From Chloroflexota bacterium (lineage in GTDB: Bacteria; Chloroflexota; Dehalococcoidia; JAUQQI01), in NCBI GenBank assembly GCA_040289115.1, contig PSKS01000003.1, positions 35,515 through 99,514 of the forward strand: a stretch of DNA of 64,000 bases, in the 5' to 3' direction. Positions 34,012-43,244 of this stretch are shown piece after piece (position 1 is the first letter of the stretch; each line of letters begins with the position of its first letter). The position numbers and the translations under genes were made by a program. The notes under the pieces were generated by a model, which had not been told where the DNA came from, made no database searches, and saw nothing but the letters and a program-made list of their open reading frames with translations.

Positions 34012-35852
34012 TCGACGGTCACAGTCTTGGCCAGGTTCCGGGGCTGGTCGATGTCGCAGCCCCGGCGCAGGGCGATGTGATAGGCCAGCATTTGCAGAGG
34101 TATGACGCTCAGTGCCGGGCTCAGCAGTTCGTCGGTCTCGGGCAAAGGTATGAAGTAGTCGGCTTTGGCCGCAAGGCTTTCGTCGCCCTGGGTCCCCAGG
34201 GCGATGACCACCCCGTCCCGGCTCTTGACCTCGGAAACGTTACCCAGTATCTTGTCATAGACCCGGTCCTTCGGGGCCAGCACGACCACCGGCATCCTCG
34301 AGTCGATAAGGGCGATGGGACCGTGCTTCATCTCGCCGCCGGGATAACCCTCGGCGTGGATGTAGGAGACCTCCTTGAGCTTGAGGGCCCCCTCCAGGGC
34401 GATGGGGTAACTCACCCAGCGGCCCAGGTAAAGAAAATCGCTCATCTCGAAGAAGTTACGGGCGATGGCCCGGACCTGGGCCTCCTGGCCCAACACTTCC
34501 CCCACCAGGGCCGGTAGCCGGATAACCGCCCCCAGCCGCTCCTTAACCGCCTTGGGGCCCAGGGCCCCGTTGGCTTGGCCCAGCCGGACGGCCAGCAGGT
34601 AGAGGCTGACGACGCTGGAAAGGAAGGTTTTGGTGCTGGCGACGGCCATTTCCGGCCCGGCCCGCAGGTCGATAACCCCGTCGGCCAACCTTGTGGCCTG
34701 GCTGCCCATCACGTTGCAGAGGACCACCTGCTTTACCCCCTGCTGGCGGGCCCGGTTCATGGCCTCGAGGGTATCCACCGTTTCCCCCGACTGGGTGATG
34801 GCCACCAGCAGGGTATCCGCTCCTAAAACCAGCTCCCGGGCCCGGAACTCTGACCCGACCTCGGCCTCGGCCGGGACCCTGGCCAGGGATTCGATATAGA
34901 GCTTGCCCAGGAGGGCCGCATGCCAGGAGGTGCCGCAGGCCACGAGAACCACCCGGCGGAAAGCGGCCAGTTCGGTGTCGGTAAAGGGCAGCCCCTCGAA
35001 GGCGACGGTGCCGCCCTCCAGGTCCACCCGGCCCCGCAGGACGTTTAAGACCACCTCGGGCTGTTCGTGAATCTCCTTGAGCATGAAGTGGCTATAACCG
35101 GCCTTGGCCACCGACACCGGGTCGTACGGGCTCAGTTGGGGGGCCTTCTCCACTTCTCGCCCCTCCAGGTCCAGGTAGGTTACCCCGTTTGACCGGAGGA
35201 CGGCCAGCTCGCCACTTTCCAGGTACGCAACCTTCCGGGTGTATGGGAGGATGGCCGGTAGGTCGCTGGCGATATACATTTCGCCGACGCCGTAGCCCAC
35301 CACCAGCCCTCCGGCGTGGCCCAACCTGGCGCCGATTAGCTTGTCCGGTTCGTCTCGGCAGACCGCCAAGAATGCCTGGGCCCCCCGGAGCTCCCGGAGG
35401 GCCAACCGGACGGCGGTCACGAAGTCGGCGCCCGCTTTAAGCTTTGCCTCCACCAGGTGGGCGAAAACCTCGGTGTCGGTCTCCGACCTGAAGACGTGGC
35501 CCTCGGCTTGAAGCATCTGCTTAAGGCTAAGATAGTTTTCGATGATGCCGTTGTGGATTACCACCACGTTGCCGGTGCAGTCGGTGTGGGGGTGGGCGTT
35601 GACGTCGGAGGGTTTGCCGTGGGTGGCCCAGCGGGTGTGGCCGATGGCCACCGGACCGTGAGGGATCTCGCCGTTGAGCTGACTGAGAAGCCGCTCGAGC
35701 TTGCCGGCTTTTTTGGTGATGGCTACCCGACCGCCCGTCTCCAGCACCGCGAGGCCGCAGCTGTCGTAGCCTCGATACTCGAGCCGCTTCAGACCCTCTA
35801 AAACGACCGGTCCGCCCGACCGCTTACCGATGTAGCCCACGATCCCGCACAT
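34008..35852 (-). CDS. glmS: Glutamine--fructose-6-phosphate aminotransferase
   Basis: 614 aa with the MCGIVGY N-terminal nucleophile, two SIS domains and C-terminal NLAKTVTVE. Confidence 0.95.
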   Translation of the reverse strand: MCGIVGYIGKRSGGPVVLEGLKRLEYRGYDSCGLAVLETGGRVAITKKAGKLERLLSQLNGEIPHGPVAIGHTRWATHGKPSDVNAHPHTDCTGNVVVIHNGIIENYLSLKQMLQAEGHVFRSETDTEVFAHLVEAKLKAGADFVTAVRLALRELRGAQAFLAVCRDEPDKLIGARLGHAGGLVVGYGVGEMYIASDLPAILPYTRKVAYLESGELAVLRSNGVTYLDLEGREVEKAPQLSPYDPVSVAKAGYSHFMLKEIHEQPEVVLNVLRGRVDLEGGTVAFEGLPFTDTELAAFRRVVLVACGTSWHAALLGKLYIESLARVPAEAEVGSEFRARELVLGADTLLVAITQSGETVDTLEAMNRARQQGVKQVVLCNVMGSQATRLADGVIDLRAGPEMAVASTKTFLSSVVSLYLLAVRLGQANGALGPKAVKERLGAVIRLPALVGEVLGQEAQVRAIARNFFEMSDFLYLGRWVSYPIALEGALKLKEVSYIHAEGYPGGEMKHGPIALIDSRMPVVVLAPKDRVYDKILGNVSEVKSRDGVVIALGTQGDESLAAKADYFIPLPETDELLSPALSVIPLQMLAYHIALRRGCDIDQPRNLAKTVTVE

Positions 35853-35860
35853 GCCGTCCG

Positions 35861-35886
35861 GTAGCCTCCTTTAGTAGCCTCCTTTA
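35861..35886. repeat. 13-nt perfect tandem duplication carrying the glmS Shine-Dalgarno
   Basis: Plus strand GTAGCCTCCTTTA x2 (35861-35873, 35874-35886). On the minus strand this is TAAAGGAGGCTAC x2, ending 8 nt before the glmS ATG. Confidence 0.8.
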
Positions 35887-36182
35887 GGGGTACTGCCTAA
35901 TTATAACCCGGTTCCCCCTCTGGCGATAGCTCCGCCTAGCCAGTCCCCGGCACGGCTTTCGAACTATCTTCTCACGGCTAATGTCGTATATTGCGGGCAT
36001 TTTCGTAAATGCCCATGGCCGCGCCCCCACAGTTAAGCTGATTACCGCCTTCCGGTTTTTAAAATCACCTCAGCAACAAAATTGGTAAACCTAGGCTCGT
36101 CAGGACGCTCCTTTTGGGGTGGTAGCTGGGGAGTATAATAAGGGGGCGGATTCGGCCCGAGGCTGGGGTCCAGTTTTAGCCG

Positions 36183-36734
36183 GTGACCGACGTCGGCTTT
36201 AGCGACGAGGAGTTGCTTCGCCGGATCGCCAGGCGCGACCCGGCCGCTCTGGCGTCCCTCTATGACCGCTACGCCCCCCTGGTTTACGGCCTGGCCCGGC
36301 GCATCGTCCGGGACGAGGGGCAGGCCGAGGACCTTGTGCAGGAGGTCTTTCTGCGGGTGTGGAACCGGCCCCAAGTTTACGACCAGGGCCGGGGAAGCTT
36401 TCGGGCTTGGCTGCTGAGCGTAGCCCATCACCTGGCCATCGACCTGGTCCGGCGACGTCGGCGGGAAATAACCTACCAGGAAAAGCTCACCGACTCTTCC
36501 GATCCCCCGGACCCCTTCGAAAAGGTCATCAGCCAGGTGGACGGGGCGAAGGTACGGTCCCTGCTGGACCGGCTGCCCCCTGAGCAGCGGCAGGTGGTGG
36601 TGCTGGCCTACTTCGAAGGGCTTACCCAGCGGGAGATTGCCGAAAGGCTGGGGGAGCCCCTTGGCACCGTAAAGACCCGACTCCGGCTCGGCATAATGAA
36701 ACTGCGCGCCCTTTACGAGGATGGAGCCCAATGA
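36183..36734 (+). CDS. ECF-type RNA polymerase sigma factor
   Basis: 183 aa with sigma-70 region 2 (DLVQEVFLRVW) and region 4 (LTQREIAERLGEPLGTVKTRLRLG). Confidence 0.9.
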   Translation: MTDVGFSDEELLRRIARRDPAALASLYDRYAPLVYGLARRIVRDEGQAEDLVQEVFLRVWNRPQVYDQGRGSFRAWLLSVAHHLAIDLVRRRRREITYQEKLTDSSDPPDPFEKVISQVDGAKVRSLLDRLPPEQRQVVVLAYFEGLTQREIAERLGEPLGTVKTRLRLGIMKLRALYEDGAQ

Positions 36735-37477
36735 CGACCGCACCCGGTGGCTGTGAAGTGATCCGGCCCGAACTGGCGGCCCTGGCGGCCAACGCCCTGG
36801 AGCCCGCCGAGGCCGCACCCCTCCGGGCCCACCTTGAGGTTTGCGCCGCCTGCCGGGCCGAGTACACAGCCTACCTGGAGTCCCTGGCGACCCTGGCGGA
36901 GGAGGTGGCCGCGGAACCTCCCCCTTCGGTGCGCCGCCTGGTGGTGGCCGCGGCCCGGGCCGATGCGGCCGCATCGGCCCGGTGGCGGGAGCGGCTGCTG
37001 ACCCTGGGCCTGGTGGCGGCCCTGGTCCTGGCCGCCTTCAGCCTTGCTCAGCAGTTTGCCATACGCCAGCAGGTGGACCGGCTCCAGCGTTGGGCCACCG
37101 ACGAGTATGAGCTTTGGGATTTTGTCCTGAGCCCGCGCCTGGTTATCCGGCCCCTCCGGGGCACGGAGGCGGCGCCGGAGGCCTACGGCCGCCTGCTCCT
37201 CATCCCCGGCCGGCCGCGCGCGGCCCTGGTGGTGAATCACCTGCCGCCGCTGGACGGGGGTCGGGTTTACCAGGTTTGGCTCCGCCGGGACGGGGAGAGA
37301 ATCAGTCTGGACACCTTTCAGACGGACGAATCGGGGCGGGCCAGACTTTTCTTCCGGCTGCCCCCCGACTTCGAAACCTACCAGGAAATGGGAGTTACGA
37401 TTGAGCCAGCGGGCGGGGGCGCAGCCCCGAGTGGGGTAAGGGTTCTGGTGGGGTCCCTTAAAGAAAGCTCGGACTAG
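36731..37477 (+). CDS. Anti-sigma factor (zf-HC2 N-terminus, RskA-like C-terminus)
   Basis: 248 aa with H-x3-C-x2-C (AHLEVCAACRAEY), one TM segment and a C-terminal YQVWL...GVTIEPAGG RskA pattern. It overlaps the sigma gene stop. Confidence 0.85.
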   Translation: MTTAPGGCEVIRPELAALAANALEPAEAAPLRAHLEVCAACRAEYTAYLESLATLAEEVAAEPPPSVRRLVVAAARADAAASARWRERLLTLGLVAALVLAAFSLAQQFAIRQQVDRLQRWATDEYELWDFVLSPRLVIRPLRGTEAAPEAYGRLLLIPGRPRAALVVNHLPPLDGGRVYQVWLRRDGERISLDTFQTDESGRARLFFRLPPDFETYQEMGVTIEPAGGGAAPSGVRVLVGSLKESSD

Positions 37478-38364
37478 CCGCCTTCGGCGGCGACCTGTTC
37501 GGCGATCTCCTCGAGCCGGCGAACCACCGCCTCGATAATCCAGTCCGGGGTGGAGGCCCCGGCGGTTACCCCCACCCTGGACCGGCCCCGCAGCCAGGCC
37601 GGGTCCACCTCCTCCGGTACCTCGATGTGGTGGGTCTCCACCCCCTGGGCCGCGCACATTTCGGCCAGGTGGCGAGTGTTGGCGCTGTGCCGGCCGCCAA
37701 TGACCACCATCAGGTCGACCTGCCGGGCGAGCTCAACGGCGTCCTGCTGGCGCTTGATGGTGGGGTCGCAAATGGTGTTGACCACCCGGATCTCCACCGG
37801 CCTGGGGAAGGCCCAGTCCATAATTGCCTTGACGAACTGGCTGAAGAGGCTTACCGGCTGGGTGGTCTGGGAGACGATGCCGATTTTGTGGGGCAGAGGT
37901 TTAATGTTTTTGATATCTTCCCAGTTGAGGGTGGCCAGGGTCTTGGCGTTGCCGGCCCAGCCCAGGGCCCCCCTTACCTCGGGATGGTTCGGCTCGCCGA
38001 AAATGATAATGAAAAAGCCGTCGTCGGCCAGCTTTTTGACCGCCTGGTGGACCTTGGTAACCAGGGGGCAGGTGGTATCGATCACCTCGTAGCCCCGGGC
38101 CCGGGCCTCGGCCGGCACGTTCGGGCCGACGCCGTGGGCAGTGATGGCCACCACCTGGGCGTCCACCTCGTCGAGGCTCTTGACCACGGTAACCCCAACC
38201 TCTTCAAGGCGCTTGACGACCTGGAGGTTGTGAACGATGCCCCCGAGGCTCTGAACCCGGCCGTACTTGCGACCGGCGGCCTCGATGATCTCGAGGGCCC
38301 GGCGGACTCCGAAACAGAATCCCCGTTCCTCCGCCAGAATGATCTCCGGTCGCCGGTTCGCCAC
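37474..38364 (-). CDS. ispH: 4-hydroxy-3-methylbut-2-enyl diphosphate reductase
   Basis: 296 aa. GFCFGVRRALEI and the conserved Cys ligands give a full-length IspH/LytB pattern. Confidence 0.95.
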   Translation of the reverse strand: MANRRPEIILAEERGFCFGVRRALEIIEAAGRKYGRVQSLGGIVHNLQVVKRLEEVGVTVVKSLDEVDAQVVAITAHGVGPNVPAEARARGYEVIDTTCPLVTKVHQAVKKLADDGFFIIIFGEPNHPEVRGALGWAGNAKTLATLNWEDIKNIKPLPHKIGIVSQTTQPVSLFSQFVKAIMDWAFPRPVEIRVVNTICDPTIKRQQDAVELARQVDLMVVIGGRHSANTRHLAEMCAAQGVETHHIEVPEEVDPAWLRGRSRVGVTAGASTPDWIIEAVVRRLEEIAEQVAAEGG

Positions 38365-38409
38365 GCTTCACCCTCCAGGTAAGCCTACCCCCTAATAATA
38401 GCACACATC

Positions 38410-39561
38410 CTAAAGGGCGAAGAGCCGCCGGACCCGCTTCCGCTCAACCCCGATCTCCCGGAACCTGGCCGGCGAGAAGGGAGCCGGGTCGACCTCGGGC
38501 GTCCGGCCCAGGATCAGGTCGGCGACGAGTCGGCCGGAGTAGGGCCCCATCAGGATGCCGTTTCGGCCGTGGCCGGTGGCCAGCAGAATCCTTTCCCGCC
38601 CGGGGACCGGCCCGAGGATGGGGCGGTCGTCGAGGGCCAGGGGACGCAGACAGGCGGTGTGATTCACGAGCCGGGCATCGGCCAGGCCCGGAACCAGCCG
38701 AAGCACCCCCTCCAGGATGAAGTCCCGAGCCTCCGGGGTGGTGCTGGGGTCGAACCCGACCGACTCTTCGGTGGTCCCGGCGGTGATCAGCCCGTCCAGC
38801 TTCGACAGGACGTAGTGGTCGCCGTGCATGACGCAGTAGGCCAGGGGCGGCCCATCCAGTTTGAGGCGGAGGAGCTGGCCCCGGAGGGGCTCGACGGGGA
38901 CCGGCATCCCGAGCCATTCGCCGGCCAAGGCCGTCCAGGGACCCATCGCCAGGACAACGAATTCGGCGGCCACTGGTCCCGACCCGGCGGCAATCCTGAC
39001 GGGGCCATTGGGGGCCCATTCCAGGCCCCTTACGGGGGTGTATCTAAGCCGGGCACCGGCCCCTTCGGCCGCTCGGGCCAGGGCCAAAGTCAACCGGTAG
39101 GCGTCCACCTGCCCCTCCCCTTCGGCCAGGAGGCCACCCTGGATTTCGGGGCTAAGCCTGGGCTCGGCGGCCCGGAGTTCGGACACTTCGGCCCAGCGGA
39201 CCCTGGGGTCAAATCCGGCCAGGCGCTCGGCCACCGTCCGGAGGCGCATCGCCTCCTCTGGGCCGAGGGCCGGGATGAGTACGGTGAGGGGGCCGAAAAG
39301 GGGGTCGATGCCGGTCAGCTCCTTGAGCCGGGGGGCCAGGGTGCGGTGAAACTCCAGGGAGCGACGCATAAGCTCCCCCAGGGGGCCTGGGTGGCTGCTT
39401 TCCCCGACCGGGGTGAGGATACCGGCGGCCGCCCCGGAGGCCTGGCTGGCCACCGATTCCCGCTCCAGGACCAGGACCCTAAGGCCGGCGGCGGCGCAGA
39501 AATAGGCGGCGGAGAGCCCGATGACTCCGGCCCCGACGATAACCACGTCGTAACTTTCCAT
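38410..39561 (-). CDS. FAD-dependent oxidoreductase (DAO family, glycine oxidase/ThiO-like)
   Basis: 383 aa with N-terminal YDVVIVGAGVIGLSAAYF. Confidence 0.85.
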   Translation of the reverse strand: MESYDVVIVGAGVIGLSAAYFCAAAGLRVLVLERESVASQASGAAAGILTPVGESSHPGPLGELMRRSLEFHRTLAPRLKELTGIDPLFGPLTVLIPALGPEEAMRLRTVAERLAGFDPRVRWAEVSELRAAEPRLSPEIQGGLLAEGEGQVDAYRLTLALARAAEGAGARLRYTPVRGLEWAPNGPVRIAAGSGPVAAEFVVLAMGPWTALAGEWLGMPVPVEPLRGQLLRLKLDGPPLAYCVMHGDHYVLSKLDGLITAGTTEESVGFDPSTTPEARDFILEGVLRLVPGLADARLVNHTACLRPLALDDRPILGPVPGRERILLATGHGRNGILMGPYSGRLVADLILGRTPEVDPAPFSPARFREIGVERKRVRRLFAL

Positions 39562-39598
39562 GGGTACGCCTCCCTTGTAAGTTTAACGCCCCTGGGGT

Positions 39599-39607
39599 TG
39601 GTATAAT
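39599..39607 (+). promoter_or_regulatory. Extended -10 promoter giving a leaderless mRNA
   Basis: TGGTATAAT (39599-39607). The ATG of CDS 39614 starts 7 nt after the -10, with no SD. Confidence 0.5.
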
Positions 39608-39613
39608 TGGGAA

Positions 39614-40285
39614 ATGATGGCTGCGGATGTCAACGAGCTGCCGCCGGAGCGGCTGGTGGAGGTGGCCGCCTCGCCCGGGGCAAGCCTTAAGGAGCGGCTA
39701 GCGGCCCTGGAGGCCCTTAAGGGCCGGGTTCAGTCGGGGCTGGCCCCGGCCGAGCGGGCCGTTAAGGAGCTTTTTGAGCTCTTTCAGCGGGAGCGCCACC
39801 CCCTCATCCGGACCTCCATCCTGGTGATCCTTGGTGGGCTGGCGGCCGCTGGGGTGGTGGCCGCGGCCGTCTACCTGGTGAAGATTGCCAGCCGGCCTGA
39901 GTCCGGGGCCTTCTGGCGGGAGGCTAACCGGCGGATGCTGGGTTTCCGGTGGTGGCGCAAGCGGGGCTTTTTAGACCGGCTTCACGAGCAGCTCAAGGAT
40001 CCTGGTATTTCGGTGACAGAGAAGGTGAGGCTCCTGGAGGGTTTAAGTCCCCACTGCGACCTCGGGCGGCTTTTTTGGGAGCGGGCCCGGTGGGCGGACG
40101 TGCGGCGGCTGGCCCAGTGGGCGACGGACCCCGAGTTGCCGGGGGAAGTGCGGGCTGGGCTGAGCCGGGTCCTGCGGGAGGCCCAGCGGCTCAAGGTCGA
40201 GAACCCGGCCCGAACCCTGCAAGAGGCCCTCAACCGCTACATCCGCCGTCTCGACGCCTTCGACCCCACATCCCCCGAGCAGTAG
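39614..40285 (+). CDS. Hypothetical membrane-associated protein
   Basis: 223 aa with one central TM segment (ILVILGGLAAAGVVAAAVYLV). No domain recognised. Confidence 0.6.
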   Translation: MMAADVNELPPERLVEVAASPGASLKERLAALEALKGRVQSGLAPAERAVKELFELFQRERHPLIRTSILVILGGLAAAGVVAAAVYLVKIASRPESGAFWREANRRMLGFRWWRKRGFLDRLHEQLKDPGISVTEKVRLLEGLSPHCDLGRLFWERARWADVRRLAQWATDPELPGEVRAGLSRVLREAQRLKVENPARTLQEALNRYIRRLDAFDPTSPEQ

Positions 40286-40338
40286 CTTAATTCCGCCGCA
40301 GGACGTGGTTCCGTCCCAGGGCTGGTGGGCTGAAGTTG

Positions 40339-40538
40339 TTAACATAAACGCTAAAGATTTTATGTTAAGGTTCGTGCTTATGTCAATAAAGTGCTAAGTT
40401 CGGCGTTTGCGAGGCCAAAGTCTTGCAAATGTCAGTCCTTTTAGCGGGGGACCTAAGGCTTTAAATTCCTCCCACCACCTCTGGGACAGAGTCAACCTAT
40501 ACAGCGCCTTGACATCGGACCGATTATCTGTCAATACT
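40339..40538 (+). repeat. Diverged cassette copy C (10-bp palindrome, TGTCAA, shortened core, -35/-10)
   Basis: TTAACATAAA (40339-40348) and TTTATGTTAA (40359-40368), then TGTCAA at 40381. GTTTGCGAGGCC resembles GTTTGCGGGCC of copy A, and GTCAACCTATACAGCGCCTTGACA resembles GTTGAACCTATACACGGATTTGACC. TTGACA (40509-40514), 18 nt, AATACT. Confidence 0.45.
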
Positions 40539-40634
40539 TATGCGCCGGGCTCGGTGGCGCCCACCCCTCGGCGGTCGGCGTCTAAGCAACCGGGCAAGGC
40601 AAACAATGGTATCGCTCAGGAGGCTCATTAAGCC

Positions 40635-40952
40635 ATGACGGCCTATGTGGATAAGATGCTGACCTGCCGGGACTGTGGGGCCACGTTCGTGTTCTCGGCC
40701 GGCGAACAGTCCTTCTACGCCGCCAAAGGCCTGCAGCACGAACCTCAGCGCTGCCCGACATGCCGGGCCAACCGGCGCCGAGAACGGGCGGGGGTGGAGG
40801 AGCAGCCGGCACGGGAGGCGGGCCGGGGCGTTAGCACCCGGGTCACCTGCGCCAACTGCGGGGCCGAGACCACCGTCCCCTTTGTCCCCCGAAACTCGCG
40901 GCCGGTCTACTGCAGCAGCTGCTACAGCAAGGCCAAAGCCGGGCTCCTTTAG
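40635..40952 (+). CDS. Zinc-ribbon protein (two CxxC...CxxC modules)
   Basis: 105 aa. The modules are CRDCGATFVFSAGEQSFYAAKGLQHEPQRCPTC and CANCGAETTVPFVPRNSRPVYCSSC. They fit the widespread zinc-ribbon / CxxC-x17-CxxC family pattern. Confidence 0.8.
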   Translation: MTAYVDKMLTCRDCGATFVFSAGEQSFYAAKGLQHEPQRCPTCRANRRRERAGVEEQPAREAGRGVSTRVTCANCGAETTVPFVPRNSRPVYCSSCYSKAKAGLL

Positions 40953-40961
40953 GGTTTCGGC

Positions 40962-41660
40962 TCAGGCAGCATCCGAGCTGAAGGGCGAGCGGCGGGGCGG
41001 GGTTATGTGGGGCGGCCGAACGTAAAGGGGCTCCAGGGTTAAGGGGTCATCGGTCCGGCCGGCTACAAGCCGACCCCAGGCCAGCTCGGCCAGAACCCCA
41101 GGCCGCCGCCGAACCACCGGCCCGAATACGCTAACCCAGCCTCCCCGGGCATACCGGCGAAGCTCTTCCACCCGCCCGGGCGGCAGGGTGCCGCACACCA
41201 CCGCTCGCTCCGGGAGGACCTTCGCTAGCTCGGCCAGGCTACCAACCCGCTCAGCAACCAGCCGAACCGTTTCCCCACCCTTGAACTCAAACACCCCGAA
41301 GACCACCTCTCGCCCAGCCGGCTGAAGGCAGGCCACCGGCAGGCCAAAGGCCGCAAACTGCCAGGCCTGAACCTCCAGCGTCGGCACCCCGATGACGGGG
41401 ACATCCAATCCGTAGGCGAGGGCCTTGGCCGTGCTCACCCCCACCCGGATGCCGTTGAAACTGCCCGGCCCGAGGCTTACCCCCACCGCCCGCACGGCCT
41501 TGAGGTCGGCCCGGAGTCTAGCTAGCAACCCCGCCAGGCTTGGCAGGAGCTCCGCTGAGTGGTTCTGGCCCACCAGCCGGGTCTCCTCGGCCAGCAGCTG
41601 ACCGTCGGCGTAGGCGGCCAGTCCCAGGTACTCGTCGGCGGTGTCCAGGGCGATCAGCAC
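40962..41660 (-). CDS. tsaB: tRNA t6A biosynthesis protein TsaB
   Basis: From GTG 41660 the product reads VLIALDTADEYLGLA...GVSLGPGSFNGIRVGVSTAKALA. The longer track ORF (to 41801) would overlap tsaE. Confidence 0.85.
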   Translation of the reverse strand: MLIALDTADEYLGLAAYADGQLLAEETRLVGQNHSAELLPSLAGLLARLRADLKAVRAVGVSLGPGSFNGIRVGVSTAKALAYGLDVPVIGVPTLEVQAWQFAAFGLPVACLQPAGREVVFGVFEFKGGETVRLVAERVGSLAELAKVLPERAVVCGTLPPGRVEELRRYARGGWVSVFGPVVRRRPGVLAELAWGRLVAGRTDDPLTLEPLYVRPPHITPPRRSPFSSDAA

Positions 41661-42139
41661 CTCTCGGCAAACCTGCGCAGAATCTCGGCTGAGTGGGGCC
41701 CCCCGGCCCGGAAGGTAAGCCGGCGGCCCTCGTCGTTTAGAAACTCCAGCTCCACGGTGATGCAGTCGTTGGGCATCAACCCAGCGGCCCGCTCCGGCCA
41801 CTCCACTAGGCAGACCCCATCCCCGTAAAAGTAATCCGTAAGGCCCAGGGCCCAGGCCTCGGCCTCGGTCTCCACCCGGTAAAGGTCAATATGGTAAATG
41901 GGGAGCCGGCCGCCCCGGTACTCCTGGATGAGCACAAAGGTCGGGCTGGTCGCAACGGCCCCAAGCCCCTCGGCGACCCCCTGGGCCAGGGTGGTTTTCC
42001 CAGACCCGAGGGGCCCCTTGAGAAGCACCACATCCCCCGGTCCCAGCAGACCCGCCAGGCACCGGCCGATCTCCAGGGTCGTCCGGGTATCCGGGGCCAG
42101 GCGGACCACCTCGAATTCGGCGGCAGTCCGGCCGTTCAC
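41654..42139 (-). CDS. tsaE: tRNA t6A biosynthesis ATPase TsaE
   Basis: GTG 42139 overlaps the thiL stop (GTGA). The P-loop LKGPLGSGKTTLAQG and HIDLYR motif are present. Confidence 0.85.
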   Translation of the reverse strand: MNGRTAAEFEVVRLAPDTRTTLEIGRCLAGLLGPGDVVLLKGPLGSGKTTLAQGVAEGLGAVATSPTFVLIQEYRGGRLPIYHIDLYRVETEAEAWALGLTDYFYGDGVCLVEWPERAAGLMPNDCITVELEFLNDEGRRLTFRAGGPHSAEILRRFAERC

Positions 42140-43146
42140 GCCCCCTCCGTCGCCAAATGGTCCCAGCCCCCCCGGGGCAGGGTAAGCTCCTTTCCGTCCG
42201 GGCCCACCACTCGGACCCGCCCGGGCGGGCCGTCGCTGGTCCGGCCGATAACCGTTACCGGGATGGGGGATTGGACCGCTACCCTGGCGATGACTGCCTC
42301 CGGGCCGGTGAATACCAGCTCGTAGTCCTCCCCGCCCGTCAGGGCCAGGATGAGACCCTCGGGCCCGAAGTGTCGGGCGGCCTCCGGGTGGACCGGAACC
42401 CGCCCGGCCTCGATCTCGGCCCCAATCCCACTCTCCTCGCAAACGTGCCCCAGGTCGGCCACCAGGCCGTCGCTGACGTCAATGGCAGCCCGAACCCCAG
42501 CCCCGACCAAAATGGGGGCCACGTCCAGGCGGGGCCGGGGCCGGCGGTAAGCCCGGACCAGACCCGGGGCCCGGGTCTCGGCCCCCTGTGGGTCGGACAG
42601 CAGGAGCCGGAGGCCTGCGGCCGCCCCGCCCAGGACACCGGTCACGGCCACGACCTCCCCGGGCCGGGCCGATGACCGGAGCAGGACCCGGGAGCGCCAG
42701 TCAGCCCCCGCCGGTACTTCCACCTCCCCAAACAGCCCCACGGTTATCGTGAGCACCGGTGACCTGACGATGTCACCGCCGGCAAGCACCGTGCCGCTGG
42801 TCCGGGCCAGCTCCAGCAGGCCCTGGTAGATGAGCTCGACCGGGTCGGACCCGACGCTGGGGGGCAGGCCCAGGGTGATGAGGGCGAAGCGGGGGATAGC
42901 CCCCACCGCCGCCAGGTCGCTTAAGTTCACGGCCAGGGCCTTCCAGCCGAGGTCAGCCCACCCGGTAATATCCGGCCTGAAATGGACCCCATCCACCAGG
43001 GTGTCGGTAGTGGCGGCGACAATGCGGTCCCCCAGTCGCCAGAGGGCCGCGTCGTCCCCGATCCCCACCAGAAGGTCGGGGCTTTCCGACCCTGCCGAGC
43101 CGACCAGGCGGCGAAGGCGTGCGATCAGGCCGAATTCGCTGGTCAC
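42136..43146 (-). CDS. thiL: Thiamine-monophosphate kinase
   Basis: From GTG 43146 the product starts (M)TSEFGLIARL...GIGDDAA...ATTDTLVDGVHF. The upstream part of the track ORF looks non-coding. Confidence 0.85.
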   Translation of the reverse strand: MTSEFGLIARLRRLVGSAGSESPDLLVGIGDDAALWRLGDRIVAATTDTLVDGVHFRPDITGWADLGWKALAVNLSDLAAVGAIPRFALITLGLPPSVGSDPVELIYQGLLELARTSGTVLAGGDIVRSPVLTITVGLFGEVEVPAGADWRSRVLLRSSARPGEVVAVTGVLGGAAAGLRLLLSDPQGAETRAPGLVRAYRRPRPRLDVAPILVGAGVRAAIDVSDGLVADLGHVCEESGIGAEIEAGRVPVHPEAARHFGPEGLILALTGGEDYELVFTGPEAVIARVAVQSPIPVTVIGRTSDGPPGRVRVVGPDGKELTLPRGGWDHLATEGA

Positions 43147-43214
43147 CCCCGGTAATAGTACCAGAACCAACAGTCCACACCGAAACCGGGCACTCCCACC
43201 GCCCCGGGTCAAAT

Positions 43215-43244
43215 TTGCCCGACGGTTTTCCGGTTGGTTATACT
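43215..43244 (+). promoter_or_regulatory. Promoter of the sigma-factor/fabH unit
   Basis: TTGCCC (43215-43220), 18 nt, TATACT (43239-43244). Confidence 0.55.

Noticed and set aside
35853-36040. glmS ribozyme in the glmS 5' region.
   Set aside because: No recognisable ribozyme core was seen. The region is better explained by a -10-like TATAAT, the duplicated SD and a palindrome. It needs cmscan to be fully excluded.
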